A DNA stretch of 37,259 nt, taken from an uncultured Cytophagia bacterium. GTDB taxonomy: Bacteria; Zhuqueibacterota; Zhuqueibacteria; Residuimicrobiales; Residuimicrobiaceae. The position numbers and the translations under genes are program-made. The DNA is taken from NCBI GenBank assembly GCA_964554965.1, contig CAZKQR010000003.1, forward strand, positions 1-37,259. Direction: 5' to 3'. This document shows positions 1-8,766 of this stretch, piece after piece (position 1 is the first letter of the stretch; every line of letters starts with the position of its first letter). Below the pieces are notes generated by a model that did no database searches, was not told where the DNA came from, and saw only the letters and a program-made list of their open reading frames with translations.

Positions 1-572
1 TCGCCGAAATCAAAAGCCAGACAGGCGGTCTGTATTTCCACACGATAGTTGATATGGCTGTTCGGCCCGACGTTAAAACGGATTTCAATCCGCTCGCACG
101 CGGGCTGCGGCGTGATCTTGAAAAAGGAGAGCTCAAAACCATTTTGAAAATCAAACTCGGGTGTAAACGGGCCCTCCGCCTTCATAAAGCCGGCGCCATC
201 CGCCGGATCAGGAAAGGGCAGCTCCGGATTGCTCGGGCAATCCCCATCGCTGTTCAGCCATTTGATCAGATGATCATAGGATCCGGTCACGAATTCGCCG
301 GTGCCTTCCACAAGCGACCATTCCACCCGCACCCAGACGTATTTCGAATAGTTCTCCCGATAGGTGTTGGCGACATCGATCTTGGCGATGATAAACTGCG
401 CCTGCGGGCCGGTGTTGGAGGCGGTCCCAGTGGCGATGGTCTGAGTCCAGAAGGGCAAATTTTTCGGATTGTCCCACCAGATCGGCGTGTTGGCTGCGCG
501 CACCAGTGTGGCCAGCACAAGGATAAATAACAGGCTCCAACCACTTTGTAGCAAAATTTTCTTGAACGCCAT
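1..572 (-). CDS. secreted protein of unknown function (N-terminal part; gene continues past the left edge)
   Basis: Absent from the ORF track because it has no stop in the window. The reverse strand from ATG 572..570 is open to base 1 and reads MAFKKILLQSGWSLLFILVLATLVRAANTPIWWDNPKNLPFWTQTIATG... GGGAGG lies 8 nt upstream of the ATG. The N-terminus is a typical signal peptide. The listed + ORF 54..530 is its antisense shadow. Confidence 0.6.
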   Translation of the reverse strand, partial: MAFKKILLQSGWSLLFILVLATLVRAANTPIWWDNPKNLPFWTQTIATGTASNTGPQAQFIIAKIDVANTYRENYSKYVWVRVEWSLVEGTGEFVTGSYDHLIKWLNSDGDCPSNPELPFPDPADGAGFMKAEGPFTPEFDFQNGFELSFFKITPQPACERIEIRFNVGPNSHINYRVEIQTACLAFDFG

Positions 573-945
573 GATTCATTCCTCCCTTTTTTTGACGACA
601 CCTGCAAGCGTTTCTGTCGCTCCTTTATTCCAACTCGGAAAAAGCCCTTTGCGCAGGCTTGGGGTAATCCTTGTATTTTCAAAACAGATCGACAGGGTTG
701 CCTTTTTCTTGAACGCAAAAATGCAATATACGTACCAAGATTGTGGGTTTTGTCCTGTTGTGCAGGACACAGAACACAACAGCGCCTGATGTTGCTGTGC
801 AGGGATTTAGGGTGAAACAGGATGAGAAATAAACCGGAAGGTCAGAGAAAAAAAAAGATGGACGGCTAGCTAGGCGGCTTTGGTTTCAACTGCGTAAAAG
901 GCAGCGGCTGGAGGCGTTGATTTTTTCGACCCTTTCGCGCTGAAA

Positions 946-979
946 CAAAAAAAAGCGCAGCCCTAATCAGGGATCAGCG
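946..979 (-). terminator. candidate intrinsic terminator after the glycosyltransferase operon
   Basis: On the minus strand the last GT2 stop (976..974) lies inside an imperfect hairpin, CGC-TGAT-CCCT-gatt-AGGG-CT-GCG. It is followed directly by C plus T8 (plus-strand A8 at 946..953). The stem is short and has an internal loop. Confidence 0.35.
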
Positions 980-2125
980 TTTTATTTCAGTGGCGCCTCT
1001 GCGGCCCTTCCAGCGAAACAAACCCAATGAGCCCATTACGCCTACGGTGACCACATAGGGAATTTGCAGCATGAACCACAATGGAAAACAGCGTAACAGG
1101 TCGCAACGCTGAAAGTAGCGGCAGCCGCTGCGGGCGATGCAGTACTCGAACCAGCCTTTGGCGGCGAGGCAGATCCACAGCGAAGGACTGTTGAGCGCGC
1201 CGGAAAGATAAAGGATCACCCCGGTCAGCAGCGCAAGGTTGCACGAAAAGGTGAGGATTAGATAGGCGAAGAAAAGCGGATTGAGATGCAGCTGATAACC
1301 GCCATTGGAGGCCCAACGATTGCGTTGATTGATGAAATCCGCCCAGGTGGGCTGCGGGGCAGAGACCGCATAGCTGTCGGGCTCGGAAGCGAACACGATA
1401 TTCCTGTTCGTATGTTTGCGGATCATCTGCATCAGCAGCACATCGTCGCCCGATATGCGCCGGCTGATGGCGCGATAGCCGTCCACTTGATCGAACGCCG
1501 ACCGCCGGTAGCCCAGGTTTTGTCCGGAGGCGGCCAGCGGTACGCCCAGATGCGTGCTCGCCGCCGCCACACCCATCAGGGTGACAAAATCAAACGCCTG
1601 AAACCGTTCCACCAGCTTTTGCGCCTGCCCGGCATGGCCGAATTGCGAAAAGCCGATGACAAAGCCGACGTCCGGATTGAAATAGCGCACCATAGTCGAG
1701 ATCCATTTTTCGCCCACCCGGCAATCGGCGTCGGTGGCCAGGATGATTTCTCCCCGGGACGACTCCACCGCGCATTGCAGGGCGTATTTCTTGGGACTGA
1801 ATCCCGCCGGCGTTTCGCGAATGTCAAGCAGATGCACCTGCGGGCAGCGCGCCGCCAGGGCAGAGACGATATCGGCCGTTCGATCCGTCGATCCGTCATT
1901 GGCCACGATCACTTCATACAGCTCGGCCGGATAATCCTGTTTGATCAGATCCTGAAGCAGGCTGCCGATGCTGCGTTCCTCATTGCGAGCGGCGACGATC
2001 ACCGAAATCCGATAGCGACGGCTGTTGGTTGGCCGATGTGGGCGATGCAGCGCCAGGATAAAGATGAAAATGATCGCACCGTAGAGCACGGTGAGCAGAC
2101 CGATGATGTGCGGCAAGGCATTCAT
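974..2125 (-). CDS. membrane-embedded family 2 glycosyltransferase, paralog 1 (QxxRW type)
   Basis: ORF 974..2224 trimmed to ATG 2125 (MNALPHIIGLLTVLYGAIIF...), which overlaps the upstream stop as ATGA. It has an N-terminal TM helix, then the GT-A motifs ISVIVAARNEE, NDGSTDRT, SPKKYAL, TDADC, SGDDVLL and QRNRW (1313..1327). Several hydrophobic C-terminal helices follow. Confidence 0.85.
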   Translation of the reverse strand: MNALPHIIGLLTVLYGAIIFIFILALHRPHRPTNSRRYRISVIVAARNEERSIGSLLQDLIKQDYPAELYEVIVANDGSTDRTADIVSALAARCPQVHLLDIRETPAGFSPKKYALQCAVESSRGEIILATDADCRVGEKWISTMVRYFNPDVGFVIGFSQFGHAGQAQKLVERFQAFDFVTLMGVAAASTHLGVPLAASGQNLGYRRSAFDQVDGYRAISRRISGDDVLLMQMIRKHTNRNIVFASEPDSYAVSAPQPTWADFINQRNRWASNGGYQLHLNPLFFAYLILTFSCNLALLTGVILYLSGALNSPSLWICLAAKGWFEYCIARSGCRYFQRCDLLRCFPLWFMLQIPYVVTVGVMGSLGLFRWKGRRGATEIKR

Positions 2126-3237
2126 GCGGCGGAGTCGCTCTCCTTCCACGAGACCCGGCAAAACGGGCCCAAAGCGCCGAACAGCACCACATAAAGGACG
2201 TGCGCAACAGCAGCGATGGGCCACACCGTCAAACAGGCAAGGCGTTTCATTTTACCGGCAAAGGCGAGCAGCAGCGGCAGCTCCGAAACCGCCTTGACCG
2301 CCCAAAGGATCAGACCATAACGGCGATAAGACGTGAACAGCGAGGCCAGGAGCAAAAAATTAAACACCCAGGCGCTGAACAACACGCCGGTCATGACCGG
2401 CCCGTAATGAAAACCTTTGGACGCATGGCGCAACCGTTGCCGAATAAAATGGCTGGCGCTTGGCGGAAGATACGTGGGCGCCGCCAGTTCCGGCGCCAGC
2501 GCGTAACGGACGCGCAGGTTCTGTTTCAGGACAAGTTTTAAGAACAGGTCGTCGTCGCCTGAGACAAAACCGGCGATATCCCTGAATCCTCCCACCTGCT
2601 CGTACACCGTTTTTCGATACACCAGGTTTCGGCCTGTGCAGGTCGCCGGCCGGCCCCAGCCGCTGCACCCGGCTGCCAGCGCTGCCAGGGACAACGCTTC
2701 CAGAGCGATCAGGCGCGATCCCAGAGTGTTCAGGGCCGGCAGCTCATAGGGCGAATAACCAATCACCATGGCGATCTCGGGCGTGAACCGGCTTGCCATG
2801 CCTTGCAGCCAGTGGGGTGACGGCCGGCAGTCCGCATCGGTGAACAGCAGCAGTTCTCCGCGGGCCGCCGCGATGGCCTGAGCCAGGGCGTTCTTCTTGG
2901 CTGAAATCACTTTATCCCGGCCCTGAACAGAGATCACCCGCACGGCCGCGGATCCCGGATTACGGCTGAAAGCGAACGCCCGTTCCGCCGTCGCATCGGT
3001 CGAACCGTCGTCGCTGAGAAGGACTTCGTAGCGGTCTTGAGGATAAGTCTGCTCCGACAGAGCCTGCAGTAGAGGGGTCACGTGGCGCTCTTCGTTGCGG
3101 CAGGCGATGATCACCGAGACCATGGGGCGTTGGTGGCTGGTGCGCGGTTCGTCGCGGTACAAACCGGCAAAAATAACGAGCAGGCTCAGGCTGTAAAGGA
3201 CCGTCAACAGGACCGCTATGTAAAGGAAGGGGGCCAA
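2122..3237 (-). CDS. membrane-embedded family 2 glycosyltransferase, paralog 2 (QxxRH type)
   Basis: ORF 2122..3375; its ATG starts all overlap the upstream gene by at least 70 nt. TTG at 3237..3235, 7 nt after the upstream TAA, gives an N-terminus (APFLYIAVLLTVLYSLSLL...) colinear with paralog 1. Motifs: VSVIIACRNEE, SDDGSTDAT, SAKKNAL, TDADC, SGDDDLF, QRLRH (2425..2439). The start codon is uncertain. Confidence 0.8.
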   Translation of the reverse strand: MAPFLYIAVLLTVLYSLSLLVIFAGLYRDEPRTSHQRPMVSVIIACRNEERHVTPLLQALSEQTYPQDRYEVLLSDDGSTDATAERAFAFSRNPGSAAVRVISVQGRDKVISAKKNALAQAIAAARGELLLFTDADCRPSPHWLQGMASRFTPEIAMVIGYSPYELPALNTLGSRLIALEALSLAALAAGCSGWGRPATCTGRNLVYRKTVYEQVGGFRDIAGFVSGDDDLFLKLVLKQNLRVRYALAPELAAPTYLPPSASHFIRQRLRHASKGFHYGPVMTGVLFSAWVFNFLLLASLFTSYRRYGLILWAVKAVSELPLLLAFAGKMKRLACLTVWPIAAVAHVLYVVLFGALGPFCRVSWKESDSAA

Positions 3238-3244
3238 GGGCGCC

Positions 3245-4813
3245 TTAGTAGTTGAGTAAAAGTTCGAACCGCGCCAAATGATCGAACGAGTTGATTCCCG
3301 CCTGGCGATGCACATTGCGGACATCGGCATACTGATAGTGCACGGAGACAAAAAAATCGCGATAGACTTGTTCACGGATTTTTATGCCGAATATTTTTTG
3401 TTTCTCCACGACGCCGCGGAGAAATTTTTTTTCTACGCCTTGCTCAGGGCGGGAGTGCGTGTCGGCGTCACCTTCGCCCTTGCGCTGTTGCTGCCAAGAC
3501 AGCTCGATGCGAAAATCCCGCAACGGCTGCCAGCCCAGCTGTAGAAAGAGACCGTCGGCGTTGGGGCCCAGCCAGTGGCCGATGAGCTGATTAAAGTGGC
3601 TATAGATGTTTATGGAATCATAATGGGAGTATACAAACGGCTCCACCCGCGCATATTCGATGCGCAGATCCGTGTCGGCGATGCGCAGCGGATTGATGAG
3701 CTGGCCGCCGAGGAGAAAAGCGAACTTGTTGCCAAAGTAGCGGGTCAGGCTTTCCGTGCTGGTCATGTCGTCGATGAAATATTCGCCATAGAGTTTAACG
3801 CCGGACCACGGCGTACAGGTCAGGTCCAGGCTCATGGTCTTGTTGTCTTTGTCGCCGAGGTGATGCTGCGCAATGTGGATGGGCATAATGGGATTGAGAT
3901 AGGCGAATTGCACATCGCGTTTGCCATAGACCACGGTCTCGGTGGCGCCGAGGTACAGACCGGGCTTGACCATAAAATCCAACCGGTGGCCTGCCAGGTA
4001 CTTGCTCCCCAGGTTGCTGTGCAAAAAGGCGTGCACATAGCTGAAGGAGAAGCGGTGAAAAAAAGCGTTGAGCCGGATCAGCTCGGCAGCCGGTGTATTC
4101 CCGGAAAGGGAAAGGCCGCCGTGAAAACCCGGCCCCCAGGCGATCTCATCCCGCCCGGCCTGAATGCGGAACCATGTGTTCTGCCAGGTCCAATAGGCCA
4201 GCGCCTGATCTCGATAGACGTTGGAACCAGCGATCACCACCGGCGCGCCTTGAGAGGGATCGAAATGTTCTTCCGTCTTTTGGTTGCCGCGCGTCAAGGT
4301 GTTGCGCGCATCCAGGTAAAAGCCCACGGTCTGATCCAGGCTGCCGCGAAGGATAGCGCCGCCGCTGGTCTCGGAAATCAGCGCATCCGGCTGATACTGA
4401 TGGCCGCGATTGGAGAGGATCGTCTGCTTGGCGTGCAGGTCGATATGGATCCGGCTGTTTTTTTCCCGCCAGGTCAACAGGTGGCGTTCCGAGCTGCGCT
4501 CCGTCGCAGTGGGATTTAATTCGTCAAAAAAATCGCCCTGCAGCTGATCGAGCATTTTCTTTTCGGTTCGACTGAACTGCCCCGGCTTTTGTTGCGCCTG
4601 TACGGCCGCCTGACGCACCAGATCGGCGAACACGGCTCTGGATAGGGGCCGCACGCGCAGTTGATGGCTGAAGATCAGCCCTCTGCTCTCCATGCGCTCC
4701 AGGACGGCATAGCCCCAATACTCCATCGGCACATTGACCGACGGCGCGGTGCCGGCGAGAACGCCGGCCGCTGCCAAAAGCAGGAGTCGAAGAATTTTTT
4801 TGCAGCTGATCAT
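3245..4813 (-). CDS. Wzi-like outer-membrane beta-barrel protein (capsule-assembly Wzi family candidate)
   Basis: ORF 3245..4993 trimmed to ATG 4813 (MISCKKILRLLLLAAAGVLAG, a signal peptide). The segment YWGYAVLERMESRGLIFSHQLRVRPLSRAVFADLV matches my recollection of the helical N-domain of Wzi-family proteins. The rest is beta-strand-like alternating sequence ending in aromatic ...ELLLNY, as in OM barrels. The family call is recall-level. Confidence 0.6.
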   Translation of the reverse strand: MISCKKILRLLLLAAAGVLAGTAPSVNVPMEYWGYAVLERMESRGLIFSHQLRVRPLSRAVFADLVRQAAVQAQQKPGQFSRTEKKMLDQLQGDFFDELNPTATERSSERHLLTWREKNSRIHIDLHAKQTILSNRGHQYQPDALISETSGGAILRGSLDQTVGFYLDARNTLTRGNQKTEEHFDPSQGAPVVIAGSNVYRDQALAYWTWQNTWFRIQAGRDEIAWGPGFHGGLSLSGNTPAAELIRLNAFFHRFSFSYVHAFLHSNLGSKYLAGHRLDFMVKPGLYLGATETVVYGKRDVQFAYLNPIMPIHIAQHHLGDKDNKTMSLDLTCTPWSGVKLYGEYFIDDMTSTESLTRYFGNKFAFLLGGQLINPLRIADTDLRIEYARVEPFVYSHYDSINIYSHFNQLIGHWLGPNADGLFLQLGWQPLRDFRIELSWQQQRKGEGDADTHSRPEQGVEKKFLRGVVEKQKIFGIKIREQVYRDFFVSVHYQYADVRNVHRQAGINSFDHLARFELLLNY

Positions 4814-4878
4814 GGCACTCGTCTTTCCGCGGATTTTATTGCTGCGTCTGATTAAATATATCAAACCACCTGCTTTTT

Positions 4879-5997
4879 TCAAATTCTTTTTTCCCCATCC
4901 AGCTTGCCGCGAGTATAGCGCCGCTCCTTCCAGACAAAACGCCCGCGCCAGGCCAGCAAACCGACCATGAGCGTGTAAAGCACCTGCCACCATTGCGCCA
5001 GCAGAAAATCGCCCAGATTTTTCCGGCCTGGCGGGGCGCCGGTCCGGTACAGCAGGCCGGCATCGCAGAAAATTTTGACGAGAAAAAAAATAAGCCAGGA
5101 CGGTCTGAAAAGCACCAACATACCCAGCAGCAGCAGGGAGGCGTTATAGAGAAAAATAAACCCCTCCAGTGCAATGATGGAAAATGGATAGAGAGCGGTT
5201 TTGGACGCCCAGCGCAACCGCTGCTGCAAAAAAGCGGACAGAGAATCGCACGAGGTCGTACGGACCCGGCAGTCCGGCGCGTCGGCGAAAGCGACGAGGT
5301 GTTTATTGCGCCGCATTTTTTGCAACAGCAGATCATCATCACCGGAAGCGGCCGCCTCGATACCGTAAAATCCGCCGGCCTGATCATACAGAGCTCGACG
5401 GTAGCCCCAGTTGGCGCCGTTGGCCAGGAACGGCCGTTGATGACCGACGGCCGCTGCGCCGACGACCTGAAACGACCAGGCATCCAGAGCCTCCAACCGG
5501 GATAATAGGGACCCGCTTGATGCGATATCCACCCAGGACACCACGGCGCCGACCCTTTGCGCAAAATAGCTGATCATGGTTTCAATCCATCGGACCGGCG
5601 CCACACAGTCCGCATCAGTGGTCAGAATGATCTCTGCGTGGCTGTGTTGAATGCCCAGGTGCAGTGCCGCTTTTTTGGGCGACCATCCTGGTGGAAGGGG
5701 CTTGGATAAAAAGCAGCGGACGCCATGGGCTTGAGCCACAGCGGCCGTATCATCGGACGAATCGTCATCCACCACCAGGATCTCGTAGCGGTCGGATGGA
5801 TAGCTCTGCCGTTGCAGGGCGTCGAGACACCGGCCCAGGGCTTTCGCCTCATTGCGCGCAGGGATGATCACGACGACGTGAGGCTGCTCCGCCGTGCGAC
5901 GCTGTCGGCGCAGCCGGCGCAGACCGGCCCAGAGCCACAGGCTAAAGACGCCGTAGAGCAACGACATCAATCCATAATAGATGAACGCCGCGTTCAC
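4879..5997 (-). CDS. membrane-embedded family 2 glycosyltransferase, paralog 3 (QxxRW type)
   Basis: ORF 4879..6591 trimmed to GTG 5997..5995, which overlaps the upstream TGA as GTGA. This gives NAAFIYYGLMSLLYGVFSLWLW..., colinear with the other paralogs. Motifs: VVVIIPARNEA, VDDDSSDDT, SPKKAAL, TDADC, SGDDDLLL, QRLRW (5209..5223). Confidence 0.8.
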   Translation of the reverse strand: MNAAFIYYGLMSLLYGVFSLWLWAGLRRLRRQRRTAEQPHVVVIIPARNEAKALGRCLDALQRQSYPSDRYEILVVDDDSSDDTAAVAQAHGVRCFLSKPLPPGWSPKKAALHLGIQHSHAEIILTTDADCVAPVRWIETMISYFAQRVGAVVSWVDIASSGSLLSRLEALDAWSFQVVGAAAVGHQRPFLANGANWGYRRALYDQAGGFYGIEAAASGDDDLLLQKMRRNKHLVAFADAPDCRVRTTSCDSLSAFLQQRLRWASKTALYPFSIIALEGFIFLYNASLLLLGMLVLFRPSWLIFFLVKIFCDAGLLYRTGAPPGRKNLGDFLLAQWWQVLYTLMVGLLAWRGRFVWKERRYTRGKLDGEKRI

Positions 5998-6965
5998 GCA
6001 GGTTCCTGCATGGAATCCTTCGGGCTCTGCAGCACCCGGCTTTTCATCAGGACGGCAAAGCCGGCCACGGCGGGCAAGAGCACGTTGATGGCGAATAACA
6101 ACAGCGCACTGTCGAACGCCGCGGCCTCTGACACCTGCAGTTTGCCGAGGAAATAGATGGACGCGCTCTCGCGGATGCCCAAATCGCCCAGGGAAACCGG
6201 AAGCAGGGTTTTGCTCCACATGATGGCCGCCACGGCCGAAAGCCCGGAACGAAGCGGCAATGGTGCAAAGGCTCGAATGAGCAGATAAAATTGCCCGAGA
6301 TACACCGCCACCTGAGCGATGGTGTAAAACAACAGCGAGCGCGACACTTGCGGCGTCAGCCGGGTAACGCCGTTGAGGACCTGCTGCAGCCGTTTGTGTT
6401 TGCCGGAGCTGTTGAACCGCTTGAGCACATAGTTGAGAAAGGCAGGGTGCAATGCCAGACCGATGCCGGCCAGCACCAGCGCCAATCCGGTGGTCTCCAC
6501 CGGAACCCACAGCTCCGGGCGCAACGCGGCGCGCAGGAAGGGGAGCAAGCCCCACAAGCCGGCGAAATAAACCACCAGCAGAGCATACCATTTTTCGATC
6601 AACATCAGGCCCATCAGTCCCAGCCAGCTGGCGCCGGGGATGAGCACGGTGCGGCCCAGATCTCCGATCCGGCCCGGCGTGATCAGACCGAGGGTGATGC
6701 CGGCAAACAACGAAAGTAAAAGTTCTTTTGCAGAGATCGCCGGGTCAAATTGCCTTACAATGAGCTGCCAGCGTTTGAACTGGCAGTACAGATTGGGCGC
6801 CAGCAAAACCAGAGCGGCTGTAATCAAGCCGTGCTGAGCGTTGACCGCCGCATTGCGCAGATCGACCCAACTGATTCGGTGAATCAGCAGCCCCAGCACG
6901 CACAACGCGACCAGGATCTTGCTCCAGCTGATCCATTTTTTGTTATTGATAAAGGTCCAGTCCAT
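5994..6965 (-). CDS. flippase-like polytopic membrane protein (lysyl-phosphatidylglycerol synthase TM region / UPF0104 family)
   Basis: 323 aa and almost entirely hydrophobic helices. It carries the paired motifs I associate with the family: ITPGRIGDLGR and SLGDLGIRESA. Its start overlaps the upstream radical SAM gene by 23 nt. Confidence 0.7.
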   Translation of the reverse strand: MDWTFINNKKWISWSKILVALCVLGLLIHRISWVDLRNAAVNAQHGLITAALVLLAPNLYCQFKRWQLIVRQFDPAISAKELLLSLFAGITLGLITPGRIGDLGRTVLIPGASWLGLMGLMLIEKWYALLVVYFAGLWGLLPFLRAALRPELWVPVETTGLALVLAGIGLALHPAFLNYVLKRFNSSGKHKRLQQVLNGVTRLTPQVSRSLLFYTIAQVAVYLGQFYLLIRAFAPLPLRSGLSAVAAIMWSKTLLPVSLGDLGIRESASIYFLGKLQVSEAAAFDSALLLFAINVLLPAVAGFAVLMKSRVLQSPKDSMQEPA

Positions 6966-7956
6966 GAGTACAGTTGTTGCAAATTTCAGGTTTACAGGAT
7001 CCAGCGACGCGCCGGCGAAAGTGCCGCAGCGCCTCTCCCCGCCAGATGGTGATAAAGGGCTGTTCGGTCAGACGGCCGAGAAGCGCGCTCTCGTCTTTGT
7101 CAAAGCAGCAGCCCACCACATGGCCGTCCTGATGAATAACGCAACCGGTCCACAAGCGATCGCAGATTTTGTTCTTTTTACTTTTAACAGTCAGCCCACC
7201 GGAGTCGAGGGTGTAGCGCCGGTACTTTTCAGCCAGTGGTAAAAACCGATCCGCATCTTGCGGCGAGCGCACCTGAACGGATTTGATCAGGACACAGTCG
7301 GCGCCCCAGCGGCGCGCGGTGTCGCGCACCCGCTCCACCTCGTGTTCGTTGTGCTTCATCACCAGAAACTGCAGGCAGATGCGGGGTGTTTTTTGCCTCA
7401 GCTGCTCCCTGGCTTGGCGCAAATGGGCAATGGCGGCAACCACCCGCTCGAGCCGCGCACCCCTGCGATAGATTTGAAAAGTCGACTCCTCCAGACCATC
7501 CACAGACAGAATGATCTGGTCCAGGCCGCTGGACGCCAGGTCACGGGCTTGAGCAAAATCCGCCAGCAGCTGCCCGTTGCTGCTGCAGGTCACAACCACC
7601 TTGGCCGCTTTGGCCGTCCGGACCATCTCCACAAACTCCGCGTGCAACAGCGGCTCCCCCTGATCATAGAGCAAAAGATAGAGCAAGGATCGCTGTGTTT
7701 GCTGCAGGATTCGTTGATACAGCGCCAGCGACAGATCCCCCTGTGGCCGCTGCAGCAGACCGGCGCCGGTGCTGCACTGCGGGCAGGCCAGGTTGCAGCG
7801 ATTGGTTGGCTCAATGGTCAATACCAGCGGAAGACCCCAGGAGATCGGCCGGCCTGACAACCTGGAGAGGCCCAGAGAGATATAGACCCGGCCCAGATTC
7901 ATCAGCCGATACGGCGTAAGACAGGCCAGGAGACGAAAAAGCGGCACTTCTTTCAT
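6943..7956 (-). CDS. radical SAM enzyme with SPASM/twitch-like Cys-rich C-terminus
   Basis: ORF 6943..8151 trimmed to ATG 7956 (MKEVPLFRLL...), overlapping the upstream stop as ATGA. CNLACPQC (CX3CX2C) is at 7774..7797. The C-terminal region reads CDRLWTGCVIHQDGHVVGCC (CX12GX4C) ... CKPEICNNC, seven Cys in total. Confidence 0.85.
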   Translation of the reverse strand: MKEVPLFRLLACLTPYRLMNLGRVYISLGLSRLSGRPISWGLPLVLTIEPTNRCNLACPQCSTGAGLLQRPQGDLSLALYQRILQQTQRSLLYLLLYDQGEPLLHAEFVEMVRTAKAAKVVVTCSSNGQLLADFAQARDLASSGLDQIILSVDGLEESTFQIYRRGARLERVVAAIAHLRQAREQLRQKTPRICLQFLVMKHNEHEVERVRDTARRWGADCVLIKSVQVRSPQDADRFLPLAEKYRRYTLDSGGLTVKSKKNKICDRLWTGCVIHQDGHVVGCCFDKDESALLGRLTEQPFITIWRGEALRHFRRRVAGSCKPEICNNCTHGLDLYQ

Positions 7957-8765
7957 CTTTTGCCGGCCAGCACGTAAAAAGTGGGCATCAGCCATTGACT
8001 CAGCCACCCCGGCTGTTGCGGCGTCCGTGCCACCAGGGGGCCGGCAAGTTTCCACATGCTCAGGCGACGCACCAGCGCAAGATGCCAGGCCCGGTTCCAC
8101 AAAGCTTGCGGTTGAGCCAGGGCCAGAGTAGCGACCTCGCGGATCTGCCATTTGGATTTCAGCTGCGATTTCTCCAGCATACGGTTCAGCTCGCGCCAGG
8201 ACAACAGCTGGGCGATATCCGGTTTGTCCGCGTCGAACCAGTGCAACCAGTTCACGATAATTTTTTTAATCGCAGCCCGCTGCATGCAGGAGATCAGCGG
8301 CAGACTGTAGTGCGGGTCGCACAAAAGGTGGACCGGCGACCATTTGTTGGGCGTGGAAAAACAGATCACGCCGGTTGCCTTGAGTGACCGGCTGCATCGC
8401 GCGAGCAGGTGCGAGGGGTTGGCGACGTGTTCAAGCACGTCCCAGAGCAGGATGGCGTCCAGGGGGCGATCTGCCCGCCACTTCAGCACATCCCGGCAGT
8501 GAATTGAAACAGACAGACCTTCCTGGATTGCCTGGGTCTCGAGCAGCTGCAAAGCCTCGCTGCGGATATCCACTGCCGCCACCCGGCAGCCGCAGCGGGC
8601 CAGCTGCAGGCTGGCCCCACCGGTCCCACAGCCCAGATCCGCAACCTCGGCGTTGTTCAAGGGGAGGTGCTGCGCCAGCCATTCGGCCGCCAGACGGCCA
8701 CGGTGATGCGAAAAAGCGCGGTATTGCGACCACAGGGCGCTGTTGATCGTGCTGGTCATGGTCAT
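7953..8765 (-). CDS. class I SAM-dependent methyltransferase
   Basis: Motif I, VADLGCGTGGASLQLARCG, followed by the acidic loop VAAVD. The layout is typical of the Methyltransf_11/23 type. The ATG is 1 nt after the upstream TAG. Confidence 0.8.
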   Translation of the reverse strand: MTMTSTINSALWSQYRAFSHHRGRLAAEWLAQHLPLNNAEVADLGCGTGGASLQLARCGCRVAAVDIRSEALQLLETQAIQEGLSVSIHCRDVLKWRADRPLDAILLWDVLEHVANPSHLLARCSRSLKATGVICFSTPNKWSPVHLLCDPHYSLPLISCMQRAAIKKIIVNWLHWFDADKPDIAQLLSWRELNRMLEKSQLKSKWQIREVATLALAQPQALWNRAWHLALVRRLSMWKLAGPLVARTPQQPGWLSQWLMPTFYVLAGKR

Positions 8766-8766
8766 C

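Noticed and set aside
54-789. ORF-track entries 54..530(+), 274..579(-), 287..718(-), 469..789(+), and the 67-aa Cys-containing ORF 576..779(-) that ends just before the edge-gene ATG.
   Set aside because: The real gene here is the unlisted minus-strand frame 1..572, which has an RBS and a signal peptide. The 67-aa ORF lies in AT-rich promoter-like DNA, has no RBS and shows no recognisable peptide features. I considered it as a possible small peptide but found no support.
4833-4864. Possible internal promoter in the 65-nt spacer before the Wzi-like gene (minus strand: TTGATA-17-CAATAA, or TAAAAT with a 20-nt spacer).
   Set aside because: Either the -10 hexamer is poor or the spacer is too long. 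It cannot be distinguished from chance.
4814-4993. ORF-track 5' extensions: 2126..2224, 3238..3375, 4814..4993, 5998..6591, 7957..8151, 9850..9948, 9956..10018, 16144..16500, 18483..18548, 26491..26529, 27559..27594 and 30098..30145.
   Set aside because: Each extension overlaps the upstream gene or a promoter candidate and translates to Arg/Ala-rich sequence. Internal starts give signal peptides or N-termini colinear with paralogs, and often fall at ATGA/GTGA coupling overlaps or behind an RBS.
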